Shown here in pieces: positions 11,190 to 23,993 of a stretch of 64,000 nt of DNA; the first letter of the stretch is position 1; each line of letters begins with the position of its first letter. Source of the stretch: an uncultured bacterium. GTDB taxonomy: Bacteria; Acidobacteriota; HRBIN11; JAKEFK01. The notes beneath the pieces were generated by a model that worked only from the letters and a program-made list of their open reading frames with translations, was not told the origin of the DNA and searched no databases. Position numbers and translations under genes: made by a program. Location: assembly GCA_963777505.1 (NCBI GenBank), contig CAVZQN010000003.1, positions 544,001 through 608,000 of the forward strand. The letters are read 5' to 3'.

Positions 11190-12572
11190 ATGAATGTACA
11201 ACTGATCAATGCAGGCCCTTGGACAGGCGGTGTTACTGATCAAACTGCGATTGTAAAAGCTTCAGTATTGCCAGCCGTAAAGAGTGCCAGCCTTATCCTC
11301 TCAACCGATCTGGCTTTTTCGCGCGTTCGTTCGTTCAATTTAAATTCCATGTGGGAAGATCCCGGTCATAAATACCGTCATAAAATTTTGAATTTTCTTC
11401 TTTCCGGCTTACAACCCTTCCAGCAATATTATTATTACCTCCTTTTAAATGATGTAAGCCAACGCGAATGTGTTGCAGCTTTTAAAACCCTTCCTGCGGC
11501 TGGAAGTCGTCAGGATTTTAAAATTGCCTTTGGGTCCTGTTCGGGGAACAAAAAGTTTACAAACATTCGATATCCAATGCCCGAAAGTTTCATGGCCATT
11601 GAAAATGAACCCGAGTTACTTCTCTTTTTGCATCTTGGCGATCTTCATTATGGGAACATCAGGAAGCCTGAAATTGCAATCCGTCTTGAAAAATATGACT
11701 GGATGTTACGACGCAAAGAACCTGGAGATCTGTTTCGAGCGCATGCGATGGCCTACGTCTGGGACGATCATGATTTTCTTGGAGATGACACCGATGGCGG
11801 TGATATAAAAAACAAAGCCGCTGCAGTTGTTGCGCGTGAGGCATATGACTTGTACGTACCACACTATCCTCTTGCTGAAGATGGGACAGATGGAATTTAT
11901 CAATCCTTTGTTGTGGGAAAAGTGTTGTTCATTTTGACTGACAATCGTTTCCATAAATTGCATCACGGTTCGGATACCAGTCCGAGATCAATGTTGGGTG
12001 TGAAACAAAGAGACTGGTTCAAGGCGCAGCTGTTAATGGGAAAAAATTATGACCTCATCGTTTGGTGCAATTCACTGCCTTGGGTTGGAAAATCGCATCC
12101 GCGTGAAGTTTTTTGGGCAGGATATAGTGATGAGCGAACAAGCATTTCCAATTTCATCATCGAAAATCAAGTTCGAAATCTTTGTATGCTTTCCGGAGAC
12201 GCACATATGCTTGCGATTGATGATGGTAGTAATAGTGGTTTTAGCGCAGATGGTGCGGGTGGATTCCCCTTGTTCCATGCAGCAGCTCTCGAAAGTCGTC
12301 CGACGCGAAAAGGCGGAATTTACAGCAAAGGGACAAAAGATGGAGGACCTGGCCGGGGTATTGCCGGAACAGGGCAATATGGCGTAATGGAAGTGAAGTA
12401 TAAACGAGATGAAAAAGGGGAATCGTTACCCGGTCCGCGTGTTCATTGGATCGGCAAACGAGTTTGTAGAATGAAAGCAAATGAAGATGATTTGGATTGT
12501 CAAATTCTGTTAACTCATGACTTCGACGCAGATAAGGCAACAATTCTAAAAAAAGTTCCACGTTCTAAATAA
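11190..12572 (+). CDS. Alkaline phosphatase D (PhoD) family protein
   Basis: AFGSC, LHLGDLHYG, VWDDHDF, DNR, MLGVKQRDW and LSGDAH motifs. Confidence 0.88.
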   Translation: MNVQLINAGPWTGGVTDQTAIVKASVLPAVKSASLILSTDLAFSRVRSFNLNSMWEDPGHKYRHKILNFLLSGLQPFQQYYYYLLLNDVSQRECVAAFKTLPAAGSRQDFKIAFGSCSGNKKFTNIRYPMPESFMAIENEPELLLFLHLGDLHYGNIRKPEIAIRLEKYDWMLRRKEPGDLFRAHAMAYVWDDHDFLGDDTDGGDIKNKAAAVVAREAYDLYVPHYPLAEDGTDGIYQSFVVGKVLFILTDNRFHKLHHGSDTSPRSMLGVKQRDWFKAQLLMGKNYDLIVWCNSLPWVGKSHPREVFWAGYSDERTSISNFIIENQVRNLCMLSGDAHMLAIDDGSNSGFSADGAGGFPLFHAAALESRPTRKGGIYSKGTKDGGPGRGIAGTGQYGVMEVKYKRDEKGESLPGPRVHWIGKRVCRMKANEDDLDCQILLTHDFDADKATILKKVPRSK

Positions 12573-12675
12573 CTGTGTCCACTAAATAATACACTTCAAG
12601 GAAGTATCTCGTCGAAAAAGAGCCTTGCACGTTTCTTGCTTTCGCATAATCATTGAAGTAACGGGAGACTGAACT

Positions 12676-13347
12676 ATGAAAACAAAGATTGCCTATGTAA
12701 TGTTATTTTTGCTTCCATTTGCGCTAATCGCTCAACCCGCGCCTGCGCCGAATTTTTATCAGAAAGGTATGCAACATTTTAATGCTGGTGAATATGACGC
12801 CGCTATTCAATCGTTCATGAAAGTCGTGAATCACAAGCCTGGTCCGAATCAAAAGAATGCGCCTGCAAATCACCCTAAAAAGGCTGATGCCTTTTACTAC
12901 ATCGCAATGAGCCATATTAAGAAAGCTCCCGATGGCGCGAATACTCCTGATGTAGCTCTGGAGAATTTGAACAAAGCGCTTGAAATTAAACCTGCTTTTC
13001 CTCCGGCAAGATTGGCACGCGGAAAAGCATTCATTCAACGGAAGCAATACGAACAAGCGCTTTCAGATCTGACTGTTGCGGTTGAAGCAATGCCGGACAA
13101 TGAAGAAGCGCAGTTTCAAGTGTCTTTAGCCTACAGCTGGTTAACGAATTATCCGAAAGCAATTGAGCACTTTAAGCGCGTTGTAGCCATTAATCCCAAC
13201 AATCCGTATGGCCAGTATTATCTTGGACAAGCATATGCAAAGAGTGGGGAGAGAAGCCTTGCTGAAGATCATTGGAGAATATTTCTAAAGCTTTGTCCGA
13301 CTTGTCCTGAAGCTCCGGTAGTGAACAACTTTTTATCCGGTCGATAA
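12676..13347 (+). CDS. Secreted tetratricopeptide repeat protein
   Basis: Signal peptide followed by about 5 TPR repeats; RBS GGGAGA. Confidence 0.85.
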   Translation: MKTKIAYVMLFLLPFALIAQPAPAPNFYQKGMQHFNAGEYDAAIQSFMKVVNHKPGPNQKNAPANHPKKADAFYYIAMSHIKKAPDGANTPDVALENLNKALEIKPAFPPARLARGKAFIQRKQYEQALSDLTVAVEAMPDNEEAQFQVSLAYSWLTNYPKAIEHFKRVVAINPNNPYGQYYLGQAYAKSGERSLAEDHWRIFLKLCPTCPEAPVVNNFLSGR

Positions 13348-13385
13348 CAGAGTGAAGGGAGATGCTTGTGCTACACTGATTCAGC

Positions 13386-14219
13386 ATGAAGCAATCTCGT
13401 AGAAAAGTTGAAATTGAGGGCATCTCCGTATTCCTAGCGCATCCAGATGAATTGCCGATGCGTTGGATCGGACAACCAGATCTGGTCTTGCAACTTCATG
13501 CTTGTTGGAGCGTGATTGATGAAAGAGATGTACCTCTTTCACCGCGATTGATCGGTAAACCAGGAGTCGGAAAGACCACCCTTGCATACGGCGCTGCAAA
13601 ACAACTCGGTCGTGATGTCTATATTTTTCAAGCTACGATGGACACTCGTCCCGAAGATTTATTGATCACTCCAGTAATTGCAGATGATCGTAAGATTCAA
13701 TATGTTGCAAGCCCTGTAGTCACTGCAATGATTACAGGAGGCGTCGCCGTCCTGGATGAAGGGAACCGCATGTCCGAAAAATCATGGGCATCTCTTGCTC
13801 CATTATTGGATACACGCCGATACATTGAATCAATCGTGGCGGGAGTCAAGGTGAAAGCGCATCCTGATTTTCGCATCGTAGCTACCATGAATGATGACGC
13901 GAGTACTTTCGAAATTCCTGAATATATTCACACACGACTTCAACCGCAAATCTATTTGGATTTTCCTGAACGCGAGGAAGAATTAGCAATTCTCCAGGAA
14001 AATTTGCCGTTTGTTGATGAAAAAATCCTTACATACGTTGTTAATTTTCTCGAACGATGCCATCAAGCCGATGAGCCATATACAGTTCGCGATGGGATTA
14101 ATGTTGCGCGATATGTTGCAAAACGTTTGAGTCTTGGAAAGGTGGATTTGAAAGAACTTTTGCACGACGCGATCTTAAAAGTCATTGGCGAAAGCGGATT
14201 GCGGTATACAGGTGATTAA
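13386..14219 (+). CDS. MoxR/CbbQ-like AAA+ ATPase
   Basis: Walker A GKPGVGKT; Walker B VLDEGNR; HPDFRIVATMN. Confidence 0.88.
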   Translation: MKQSRRKVEIEGISVFLAHPDELPMRWIGQPDLVLQLHACWSVIDERDVPLSPRLIGKPGVGKTTLAYGAAKQLGRDVYIFQATMDTRPEDLLITPVIADDRKIQYVASPVVTAMITGGVAVLDEGNRMSEKSWASLAPLLDTRRYIESIVAGVKVKAHPDFRIVATMNDDASTFEIPEYIHTRLQPQIYLDFPEREEELAILQENLPFVDEKILTYVVNFLERCHQADEPYTVRDGINVARYVAKRLSLGKVDLKELLHDAILKVIGESGLRYTGD

Positions 14220-14222
14220 ACC

Positions 14223-16154
14223 TTGTCTGCTTTGTATCAGGAACGGATCGGACGATTCGTTCTGTTTCCAGTAATTCATCACTCTTTCGAATTTGCAAAG
14301 GCTGCCCGCAGTGCATTCAACACAATCCAACCCATCGCAGTTGCTGTAGAGTACCCTTCAATACTTGAAGATTTGATTCTCCAGGGAATCCAGAGACTTC
14401 CTAAAATTTCAATTCTTCTTTACGGACAGCAGATCAGACATTACATCCGTATTGAACCAGTTGATGCATTTGTAGAGTTATCGCGCTTAGCAATCGAAGC
14501 AAATATTCCAGTTAAATGTATTGATCTTTATTTACCGGACTATCCGGATTTTACCGATCCTGTTCCAGATACGTTCGCAATTCATTCACTCGGACATGAA
14601 AAATATTGCAAAGAATTTTTGAATAGAATCCAACCTCAAAAGACCGAGCAGGACAAACAGCGTGAACAAGCGATGGCTTTTCACCTTCAGGAGCTGGATC
14701 GAATCCTTCCTAAAACGGGCGATATCCTTGTAGCTTGTGGGCTTTTTCACATAAACGGATTGATTGATGCACTTAAAACTCCAATGCCTCGTCCTTTTGA
14801 GCAAAAGCCTTCCGCAAAAATCTATCACCTAAGCTCTTCTTCGCTGGGTGAAATTATGGGGACTTTTCCGTTTCTGACCTCAGTTTATGAGCTTCAGCGA
14901 AGCGGAACGATCGAAGTGACTGAAGACATAGAAAGCCCCAAGCCTGTGGTTACCAAAGATAAACCGCTACTACTGTACAAAGGCGATAAACCTGCATCAC
15001 TTGATGAATTCGCAAAAAAGGCACATTACAGGGTTGCAGCAAAATCCGCTGATCGTGATCGAAATGAAATTCTTGCGCGTTTTATTCAGGAATGTCGAGC
15101 GTACTACGAACAGGAAATTGGAGATCAGTTAAGCCCGCAACAAATGATGTTGATCAATCAATTTCTGCGGAAATATGCCGCAATCAAGGAAATGCTCTTG
15201 CCCGATTTTTATGAACTTCTCATTGGAGGACGTGGTTGTGTCAACTCACATTTCTGTTATCGCATGTGGGAAATTGGAACGTGTTATCCGGTACAGCAAG
15301 GTGCAAGCGAAATCGAAATTATTGAGTTGCGCGCAGAGGATCTATTCAGCCTGGTCAGCAAAGTAAGGATGAATCCCCATCCACCGTTGAAGCCCAGAGC
15401 TGCACTCCCTCGATTTTTGCGTCGACAAGAAAAGCAAAAACGGAATACTCGCGAAGGATTGGAATTCGATCCTTTTACAATTTGCTCCCATCAGCCAGAA
15501 GATCTCGTGATTGAAAATTATGGGAATTACCTTCGAACAAAAGGTAAAAGCATGTTGAGTGATGAAAAAAAGCGAGTAAGGCCTTTCGAGACTTCCTTGC
15601 TGGATGGAATTGATCTTCGTGAAACGATCCGCAATTGGCATACAGGTCAAATTTATGTGCAGGAATGTATGACTATTAAAGGCGAAATTAGCTCGCTTGT
15701 GGTGATTTTTGATGAAGATCAGGAAAAATATCCTCACACTATGACGTGGCTTGGCGAGCATTATCAAGAATCGGATATGGCATTTTATGCAACAGATCCA
15801 GAAGAACGTCAGGTGGGACCAGGAATTCGCAAATCGATTTATGGCGGTTATTTAATGACAATGCCTCCAGGTCGTCTCTTTGATATTTTTGGTGACCCTG
15901 CATACTCCGGAACTCTCAATCATGCTGAACGATTGTTGATGGCTGGAATCGATTATAGTCTCGAAAAGTTTGTCGTATATGCTGCGCCTAAACCTCCACG
16001 TCCGGTATTTCAGGTGCTCGCAGGCCGTTATGGCAAGCGTATCCTTTATGTTCCGCTATCTCAGCTCTCTCCTGTCATGGTTCAGCGTATCCGTACCTTC
16101 CACATTTTGTCCAATAAGTCGGTGAGGGATTATGCATCGGACTACATTTGGTGA
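14223..16154 (+). CDS. Hypothetical protein (643 aa) co-transcribed with the AAA ATPase
   Basis: Long ORF starting 3 bp after the ATPase stop; no motif confidently recognised. Confidence 0.75.
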   Translation: MSALYQERIGRFVLFPVIHHSFEFAKAARSAFNTIQPIAVAVEYPSILEDLILQGIQRLPKISILLYGQQIRHYIRIEPVDAFVELSRLAIEANIPVKCIDLYLPDYPDFTDPVPDTFAIHSLGHEKYCKEFLNRIQPQKTEQDKQREQAMAFHLQELDRILPKTGDILVACGLFHINGLIDALKTPMPRPFEQKPSAKIYHLSSSSLGEIMGTFPFLTSVYELQRSGTIEVTEDIESPKPVVTKDKPLLLYKGDKPASLDEFAKKAHYRVAAKSADRDRNEILARFIQECRAYYEQEIGDQLSPQQMMLINQFLRKYAAIKEMLLPDFYELLIGGRGCVNSHFCYRMWEIGTCYPVQQGASEIEIIELRAEDLFSLVSKVRMNPHPPLKPRAALPRFLRRQEKQKRNTREGLEFDPFTICSHQPEDLVIENYGNYLRTKGKSMLSDEKKRVRPFETSLLDGIDLRETIRNWHTGQIYVQECMTIKGEISSLVVIFDEDQEKYPHTMTWLGEHYQESDMAFYATDPEERQVGPGIRKSIYGGYLMTMPPGRLFDIFGDPAYSGTLNHAERLLMAGIDYSLEKFVVYAAPKPPRPVFQVLAGRYGKRILYVPLSQLSPVMVQRIRTFHILSNKSVRDYASDYIW

Positions 16155-16169
16155 AGTTGGTGGAGTAAG

Positions 16170-16680
16170 ATAGACGCAGGGGAGCAGGGGAGAAAGGGAG
16201 CAGGGGTGAAGAGCGCGTGGGAGCGGTGGAGAAGGAGATCAAATGAAAAGAGGAATTCAGAGCCACCGCGAACTAGACGTTTATAAAATGGCCTTTGAGG
16301 CCGCTATGAAATTATTTGAAGTGACCAAAACTTTTCCTCCTGACGAAAAGTATTCTTTAACTGGTCAAATCCGTCGTGCTTCTAGATCAGTTTGTGCAAA
16401 TCTGGCAGAAGCTTGGAGAAAGCGGCGCTATAGAGCCGCTTTTGTAAGTAAACTTTGTGATTGTGAAGGCGAGGCTGCAGAGGTCCAAACTTGGATTGAG
16501 TTCGCAGTAAAGTGTAATTACGTAGAGAAAGCATCGGCTAAAACTTTGTATTTTGAGTATGACCAAATTATCGGAAAACTAGTAAGAATGATTAATTATC
16601 CAGAACCATGGGTTCTTCACGGCACCAAACCTTCCTAATCACCCCAGCTCCCCTGCTCCTCTGCTCCCCTGCAGGTCTAT
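16170..16680. repeat. Inverted repeat pair bracketing the four-helix-bundle gene
   Basis: Left arm 16170-16209 ATAGAC-GCAGGGGA-GCAGGGGA-GAAAGGGA-GCAGGGGT-GA. Right arm 16639-16680 is its reverse complement with 4 mismatches and a 2-nt bulge. Confidence 0.9.
16243..16638 (+). CDS. Four helix bundle protein (23S rRNA intervening-sequence protein family)
   Basis: HRELDVYK...FPPDEKYSLTGQIRRASRSVCANLAEAWRKR...EAAEVQTW signature. Confidence 0.92.
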   Translation: MKRGIQSHRELDVYKMAFEAAMKLFEVTKTFPPDEKYSLTGQIRRASRSVCANLAEAWRKRRYRAAFVSKLCDCEGEAAEVQTWIEFAVKCNYVEKASAKTLYFEYDQIIGKLVRMINYPEPWVLHGTKPS

Positions 16681-16712
16681 ACTACAAAAATAGTACTACA
16701 CGCACAATTGGT

Positions 16713-16741
16713 TTGACACTCTACGACCTTTTTATTACACT
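16713..16741 (+). promoter_or_regulatory. Probable sigma70 promoter of the kds operon
   Basis: TTGACA-N17-TACACT, 30 bp upstream of the kdsB start. Confidence 0.6.
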
Positions 16742-16770
16742 TAGGTGCGGTTTGAAGACGATGCTTTAGA

Positions 16771-17568
16771 ATGCTTCTTTCTGCAGTGGGCGTTATTCCG
16801 GCCCGATACGGATCAAGCCGCCTGCCAGGAAAACCTTTGGCAGATCTGCAGGGTAGGCCTCTCCTTTACCATGTCTATCACAGGGCTTGTAAAGCCAATT
16901 CATTGCGTGAAGTGTGGATAGCCACAGACGATGATCGTGTATTCGAAGTGGCTCAAGGTTTTGGAGCCCGGGTGGTAATGACTTCCGCGGGACACCGTTC
17001 GGGGACGGATAGAATTGCAGAGGCAATTGGAGAGATAGAGGCTGATATCGTCGTAAATATTCAGGGTGACGAACCATTAATTGACTTTGCAGCCATAGAT
17101 CATGCTGTAAATCTCTTGATTCGAGATAAAGACGCTGAAATGGCAACATTGAAAGCGCCAATCGATGATCCGGCAGATCTATGGAATCCAAATGTTGTTA
17201 AGGTCGTTGCTGATCAGCGCGGTTATGCTGTGTATTTTTCTCGAATGCCTGTTCCCTATCTTCGCAGAAAAGATCAACCTGGAGCGAGTCTACAGGAGAT
17301 TATTAAGAATGAGCCTTCTTTGCTCAAGTATTTTCACAGACATATCGGGTTATATGCATATAGACGCGAACTGTTGTTAAAATTTACAAAGTGGGCACCA
17401 TCTCCACTGGAACTGTTGGAGGATCTTGAGCAGTTGCGCGCGATTGAGCATGGAACGAAAATCAAAGTGGATGTATCATCGGCTGCAATATTTGGGGTTG
17501 ATACTCCTGAAGATCTGGAACGAATTCGACGACTGGTGCAGAAAAATCCAAAGCTTTTAGAAGCATAA
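16771..17568 (+). CDS. kdsB: 3-deoxy-manno-octulosonate cytidylyltransferase
   Basis: IPARYGSSRLPGKPL, SGTDRI, NIQGDEP, LEQLRA, VDTPEDL. Confidence 0.96.
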   Translation: MLLSAVGVIPARYGSSRLPGKPLADLQGRPLLYHVYHRACKANSLREVWIATDDDRVFEVAQGFGARVVMTSAGHRSGTDRIAEAIGEIEADIVVNIQGDEPLIDFAAIDHAVNLLIRDKDAEMATLKAPIDDPADLWNPNVVKVVADQRGYAVYFSRMPVPYLRRKDQPGASLQEIIKNEPSLLKYFHRHIGLYAYRRELLLKFTKWAPSPLELLEDLEQLRAIEHGTKIKVDVSSAAIFGVDTPEDLERIRRLVQKNPKLLEA

Positions 17569-17598
17569 AAAATGACTAATAAAAAAGGCGTGAGGTAA

Positions 17599-20056
<2,458 letters not shown>

Positions 20057-20060
<4 letters not shown>

Positions 20061-21013
20061 TGGATCGAATTGCCCGCGAAGTTTTGCAAAGTGAAGCGAA
20101 TGCGATTCTTGCATTGATCGACAGGATCGGTGCGAATTTCGAAAAGGCTATTGAATTACTTTCCGAGTGCAAGGGAAGAGTCGTCTTAACTGGAATGGGT
20201 AAGTCTGGAATCATTTGCAAAAAAATCGCAGCAACTTTTTCCAGCACAGGCCAACCTTCATTATTCCTGCATCCTGCCGAGGCGATCCATGGCGACCTGG
20301 GAATGGTTGCCACCGGAGATGTGGTGATTTCAGTTTCAAATAGCGGTGAGACCCCCGAAATTTTGAGATTACTCGAAATATTAAAAAGACTCGGGATTCC
20401 TTTGATTGCTCTTACAGGCGGAAACAAATCAACGCTTGCAAAGCATAGCGATGTCGTGCTCGATGTCAGTGTGACTCAAGAAGCTTGTCCGCTAAACCTT
20501 GTTCCAACGGCGTCTACAACTGCTGCACTTGCAATGGGCGATGCTCTTGCAATGTGCTTAATGGTAAAACATGGATTCAAGGAAGAAGATTTTGCGCGAC
20601 TTCATCCCGGTGGAAAATTAGGAAAGAAGTTAATGAAAGTGTCTGCTCTTATGAGAACTGGAGACGATATTCCGATTGTATCCGCAGATACTGTCATGAA
20701 AGATGTCATTTATGAGATGTCGCGAAAAAGAATTGGCATTACTGCAGTAATCGATAAAGAGAATAAAGTGGTTGGAGTGATTTCCGATGGCGATTTACGG
20801 CGACATCTTGAAAGCGATAATCAATTATTGTCACGCAAAGCTGAAGATGTGATGACTCGCACTCCCAAAACAATTCCAGGAGACGAATTGGCAACCACTG
20901 CGCTGAATTTAATGGAAGAAAAAAGAATTACTGCGTTGCTGATTTTGGATAACGACCACAGAATTCAAGGAATTATTCACGTTCATGATCTGTGGCGAAC
21001 CGAATTGTTTTAG
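20057..21013 (+). CDS. kdsD: Arabinose 5-phosphate isomerase (KpsF/GutQ, SIS plus CBS domains)
   Basis: GMGKSG, HPAEAIHGDLG, HPGGKLG and a CBS pair. Confidence 0.94.
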
Positions 21014-21042
21014 ATTTTTTTACCGCAAAGACGCAAAGTTAA

Positions 21043-21573
21043 ATGAATGAGACACTGCTTTCCAAACTCCGAAACATTCGAATGGTATTGCTCGATGTTG
21101 ATGGAGTCATGACTAACGGACAGGTGATGCTGCTTCCGGATGGTGAAGAAGTAAAATTCTTTTCCATTCATGATGGATTCGGCATCGTGTGTGCGATGAA
21201 ATCCGGCATTCGTATCGGAATCATCAGCGGCCGTTCTTCACAAGCGCTCAAGCTCCGCTGTCAAGAACTAAAGATCGAAGATGTCTATATGGATACGATG
21301 GAAAAGCTTCCAGTCCTTGAACGGATTGTTTCTGAAAGGAACATTCCGTACGATCAAATCGCATTCGTTGGCGATGATATTCCTGACCTGCCTGTGTTGG
21401 AGCGCGTGGGGTTGTCTGTTGCGCCACAAAATGCTCATAAAGCCGTAAAAGCACGAGTGGATCTTATTCTGAATAAGTGTGGAGGCGATGGAGCCGTACG
21501 CGAATTTTTGGATCAACTTTTAGAAGCACAGGGGAAATTAGATTCGATTTTGAAGAAATACAGTTCGCATTAA
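21043..21573 (+). CDS. kdsC: KDO 8-phosphate phosphatase (HAD family)
   Basis: DVDGVMTNG, GDDIPD, GGDGAVRE; kds operon context. Confidence 0.93.
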   Translation: MNETLLSKLRNIRMVLLDVDGVMTNGQVMLLPDGEEVKFFSIHDGFGIVCAMKSGIRIGIISGRSSQALKLRCQELKIEDVYMDTMEKLPVLERIVSERNIPYDQIAFVGDDIPDLPVLERVGLSVAPQNAHKAVKARVDLILNKCGGDGAVREFLDQLLEAQGKLDSILKKYSSH

Positions 21574-21592
21574 CCGCAGAGACGCTGAGATC

Positions 21593-22423
21593 TTATTCTT
21601 GAATGCCGCCGGAGGAGTGCTCAAGCCATTGTTCGAGAGGGGCATGAGTATCCTCAGGAAGACGTAATTTCAAACCCATTCGGGAAGCGGAGCTTCTTTC
21701 ATCACGGATCCATCGTACTTCTGCCTGACATTCCAGCGGTCCTTTCTTTACTGGAACAAAGAGCCGGACAAACAATTCTTTGTCGTCGATTTTTCTGATG
21801 CCTTTCACAAGACAGAGCCCACTTCTACTCATGTTTGTTGTGCTGGTTGAAATCCATTGACCATCGTTCGTACGAAAAACGATCGGTACAGACATCCTGT
21901 AACGAGGCTCCCGCCGAGTCGAAGCTGCTTCCAGGTCCAATTGAAGCGGATAGTCCGTAACATTTACTTCAACGTGCAACGGAAGTGTGCGAACTTTTAG
22001 ATCTGGCGAAATAATTCGTACTAAATAGTTTCCCGGGGCAAGGCGATATGCAATTCCTCGATCTCCGCGTACAACGCGAAAATTGTTATCGACTCTTTCT
22101 ACTTTGATTTCACAACGTGGGACTGTGCGATTTAAAGAATTGACAGGGCGAAGATAAATTTCATCTATGATCGAATTCAAATTCAATTCATGCAAATTGT
22201 GTTGATTCGCTTCGATATTTAAGGTTAGTGAACGTTGAACTTCTGCGCCATTTACGCGAAATAAGGTTAACGTCCCCGGGTATCGGCCTGCAGGCAGGCG
22301 ATCCATTCGAAGGAATTTTCCCATCCGTTCATCAATTCCTAGTAGTGGAATAGTCAGACGGGCTGAATGAACATAGTGCGGGCTGAATTCGACTTTAAGG
22401 ACAAGTGCCCCTGCGTTTCGCAT
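21593..22423 (-). CDS. PilZ domain-containing protein
   Basis: C-terminal RREPR (RxxxR) and NMSRSG (D/NxSxxG) c-di-GMP-binding motifs. Confidence 0.8.
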   Translation of the reverse strand: MRNAGALVLKVEFSPHYVHSARLTIPLLGIDERMGKFLRMDRLPAGRYPGTLTLFRVNGAEVQRSLTLNIEANQHNLHELNLNSIIDEIYLRPVNSLNRTVPRCEIKVERVDNNFRVVRGDRGIAYRLAPGNYLVRIISPDLKVRTLPLHVEVNVTDYPLQLDLEAASTRREPRYRMSVPIVFRTNDGQWISTSTTNMSRSGLCLVKGIRKIDDKELFVRLFVPVKKGPLECQAEVRWIRDERSSASRMGLKLRLPEDTHAPLEQWLEHSSGGIQE

Positions 22424-22492
22424 TCGGTTTTCTAGATTCTATGCTGGATATTAATGAGGGTCAAATGGTGTCTTTGCGTCTTTGTGGTTTGA

Positions 22493-23248
22493 TTATCTTG
22501 CGCAGGTTAAAGCCCGGCCACCGTCGATACTTGCGGTCAATCCCGTAATCCAGGAGGCTTTTGAGGAAGCCAGGAAAAGGATTAAATCGGCGATTTCTTC
22601 GGGGCTGCCGACACGTCCCATCGGATGCGTTGTTGTCGACCGTTCGAGAAATGCTTTGTATTGATCTTCGCCCATCCCACCCGATCGATGTAACTGGGTT
22701 ACTACAACACCCGGATTCACTGCATTCACACGAACGCCCTTCGAAGCAAGTTCAAGTGCAGTACAACGTGTAAACTGATCCAATGCAGCCTTACTAACAC
22801 TGTAAGATAAAATTCCTGGAAAGGAACGAAGCCCTGCAACGCTTGAAACACAAACAATGTTTCCTTTTCTCTGGATCAGTTCAGAAAGACAAAGCTGTGT
22901 AAGATGAAAAATAGAACGTAGATTAATGTTCATCATTTCATCCCAATCTTTCAGCGTGACTGTTTCAATGGAACCTGATCCTATGATCCCGGCTGCATGG
23001 ACAACAACATCGATTCCATGCAGTTTTTTTACAATTGAATTGACACACTCAGCTGTTTCATCAGGATTTCTAAGATCCGCTGCAAATGGATAAATGTTTT
23101 GATTGTTTTGCTGTAGATCTTGCAGTTTTTCAATTCGTCTTGCTACGGCAGCAACAGTCGCACCTTCCTGTGAAAAACGGATTGCTGTTGCTTCACCAAT
23201 ACCGCTGCTTGCACCTGTTACTAAAACAATTTTGTTTTGAAATTCCAT
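22493..23248 (-). CDS. Short-chain dehydrogenase/reductase
   Basis: TGASSGIG, YSVSK, GVRVNAVNPG. Confidence 0.93.
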   Translation of the reverse strand: MEFQNKIVLVTGASSGIGEATAIRFSQEGATVAAVARRIEKLQDLQQNNQNIYPFAADLRNPDETAECVNSIVKKLHGIDVVVHAAGIIGSGSIETVTLKDWDEMMNINLRSIFHLTQLCLSELIQRKGNIVCVSSVAGLRSFPGILSYSVSKAALDQFTRCTALELASKGVRVNAVNPGVVVTQLHRSGGMGEDQYKAFLERSTTTHPMGRVGSPEEIADLILFLASSKASWITGLTASIDGGRALTCAR

Positions 23249-23288
23249 AACGATATTTTTTTACCGCAAATCCGACGTTACAAATTAT

Positions 23289-23913
23289 TTACAAATCGAC
23301 TCCGAATCCAATTAAACCATGAACTGCAAGATTTGGAACTGTGGCTTCACCATCAGCAATTGAAACTGTAGCTTTCGCTGCTGTAAATTTTCCTTCAATT
23401 GAAAAGAAAAAGCGACTGCTAACGTAAAGACGTTTTTCTATTCCAGCTTGAACACAAAATCCAGAAAGCTCATTATCAGAATTAAATGGAATCCCACGAA
23501 TTACAGATTCAGAATGGCTGATAACCGCTCCTGCACCGGCTCGAAGATGCACTCCTTTAAACGTCCAGGCATGATTTGCAAAGAGCATATTATACCCGTG
23601 GCTTACTTCGAAATGATTCACTTCCGGCGGATTATTTTTGAGATAGATCTTATGATGTAAAAATTCTATTTCCCATGAATGCTTTAGATTTCGACGCGAA
23701 ATGCGCCAACCATAGTAAGGTGCATCTTCAAACGGACGCGTTTCGTATTCCGCATCAAATGACAATTCGGGAAAAGGTGGTTGTTCAATCTTTAGATTCG
23801 TATCGAAATTCAGAGCACTTCCTGTTCGAATCTCCAGATGACCACCAGTTGTCATTTGCTGCAACAGGAAATGCGATACACATCAAAAGTGTGGAGAAAA
23901 ATACAGTCCTCAT
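23289..23913 (-). CDS. Small exported beta-strand-rich protein, possible outer-membrane barrel; apparent +1 frameshift near 23840
   Basis: ATG at 23913 gives signal peptide MRTVFFSTLLMCIAFPVAA, one base out of frame with ORF 23289-23864, which ends in alternating strands (HGLIGFGVDL). Confidence 0.55.
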
Positions 23914-23948
23914 ACTCTGTGTTCTTTGGGAGTCTTTGAGTACAAATA

Positions 23949-23979
23949 AAAAAGGGTGGTCAATTTGACCACCCTTTTT
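23949..23979 (-). terminator. Rho-independent terminator after the TonB receptor (potentially bidirectional)
   Basis: AAAAAGGGTGGTCAA-T-TTGACCACCCTTTTT perfect palindrome with A/T tails. Confidence 0.85.
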
Positions 23980-23993
23980 AGAAAACCAAAAAC

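Noticed and set aside
12625-12640. Sigma54 promoter TTGCAC-N5-TTGCT upstream of the TPR gene
   Set aside because: Lacks the invariant -24 GG dinucleotide.
16243-16638. Diversity-generating retroelement (Avd-like gene)
   Set aside because: No reverse transcriptase and no TR/VR repeat pair with adenine-specific mismatches in the window.
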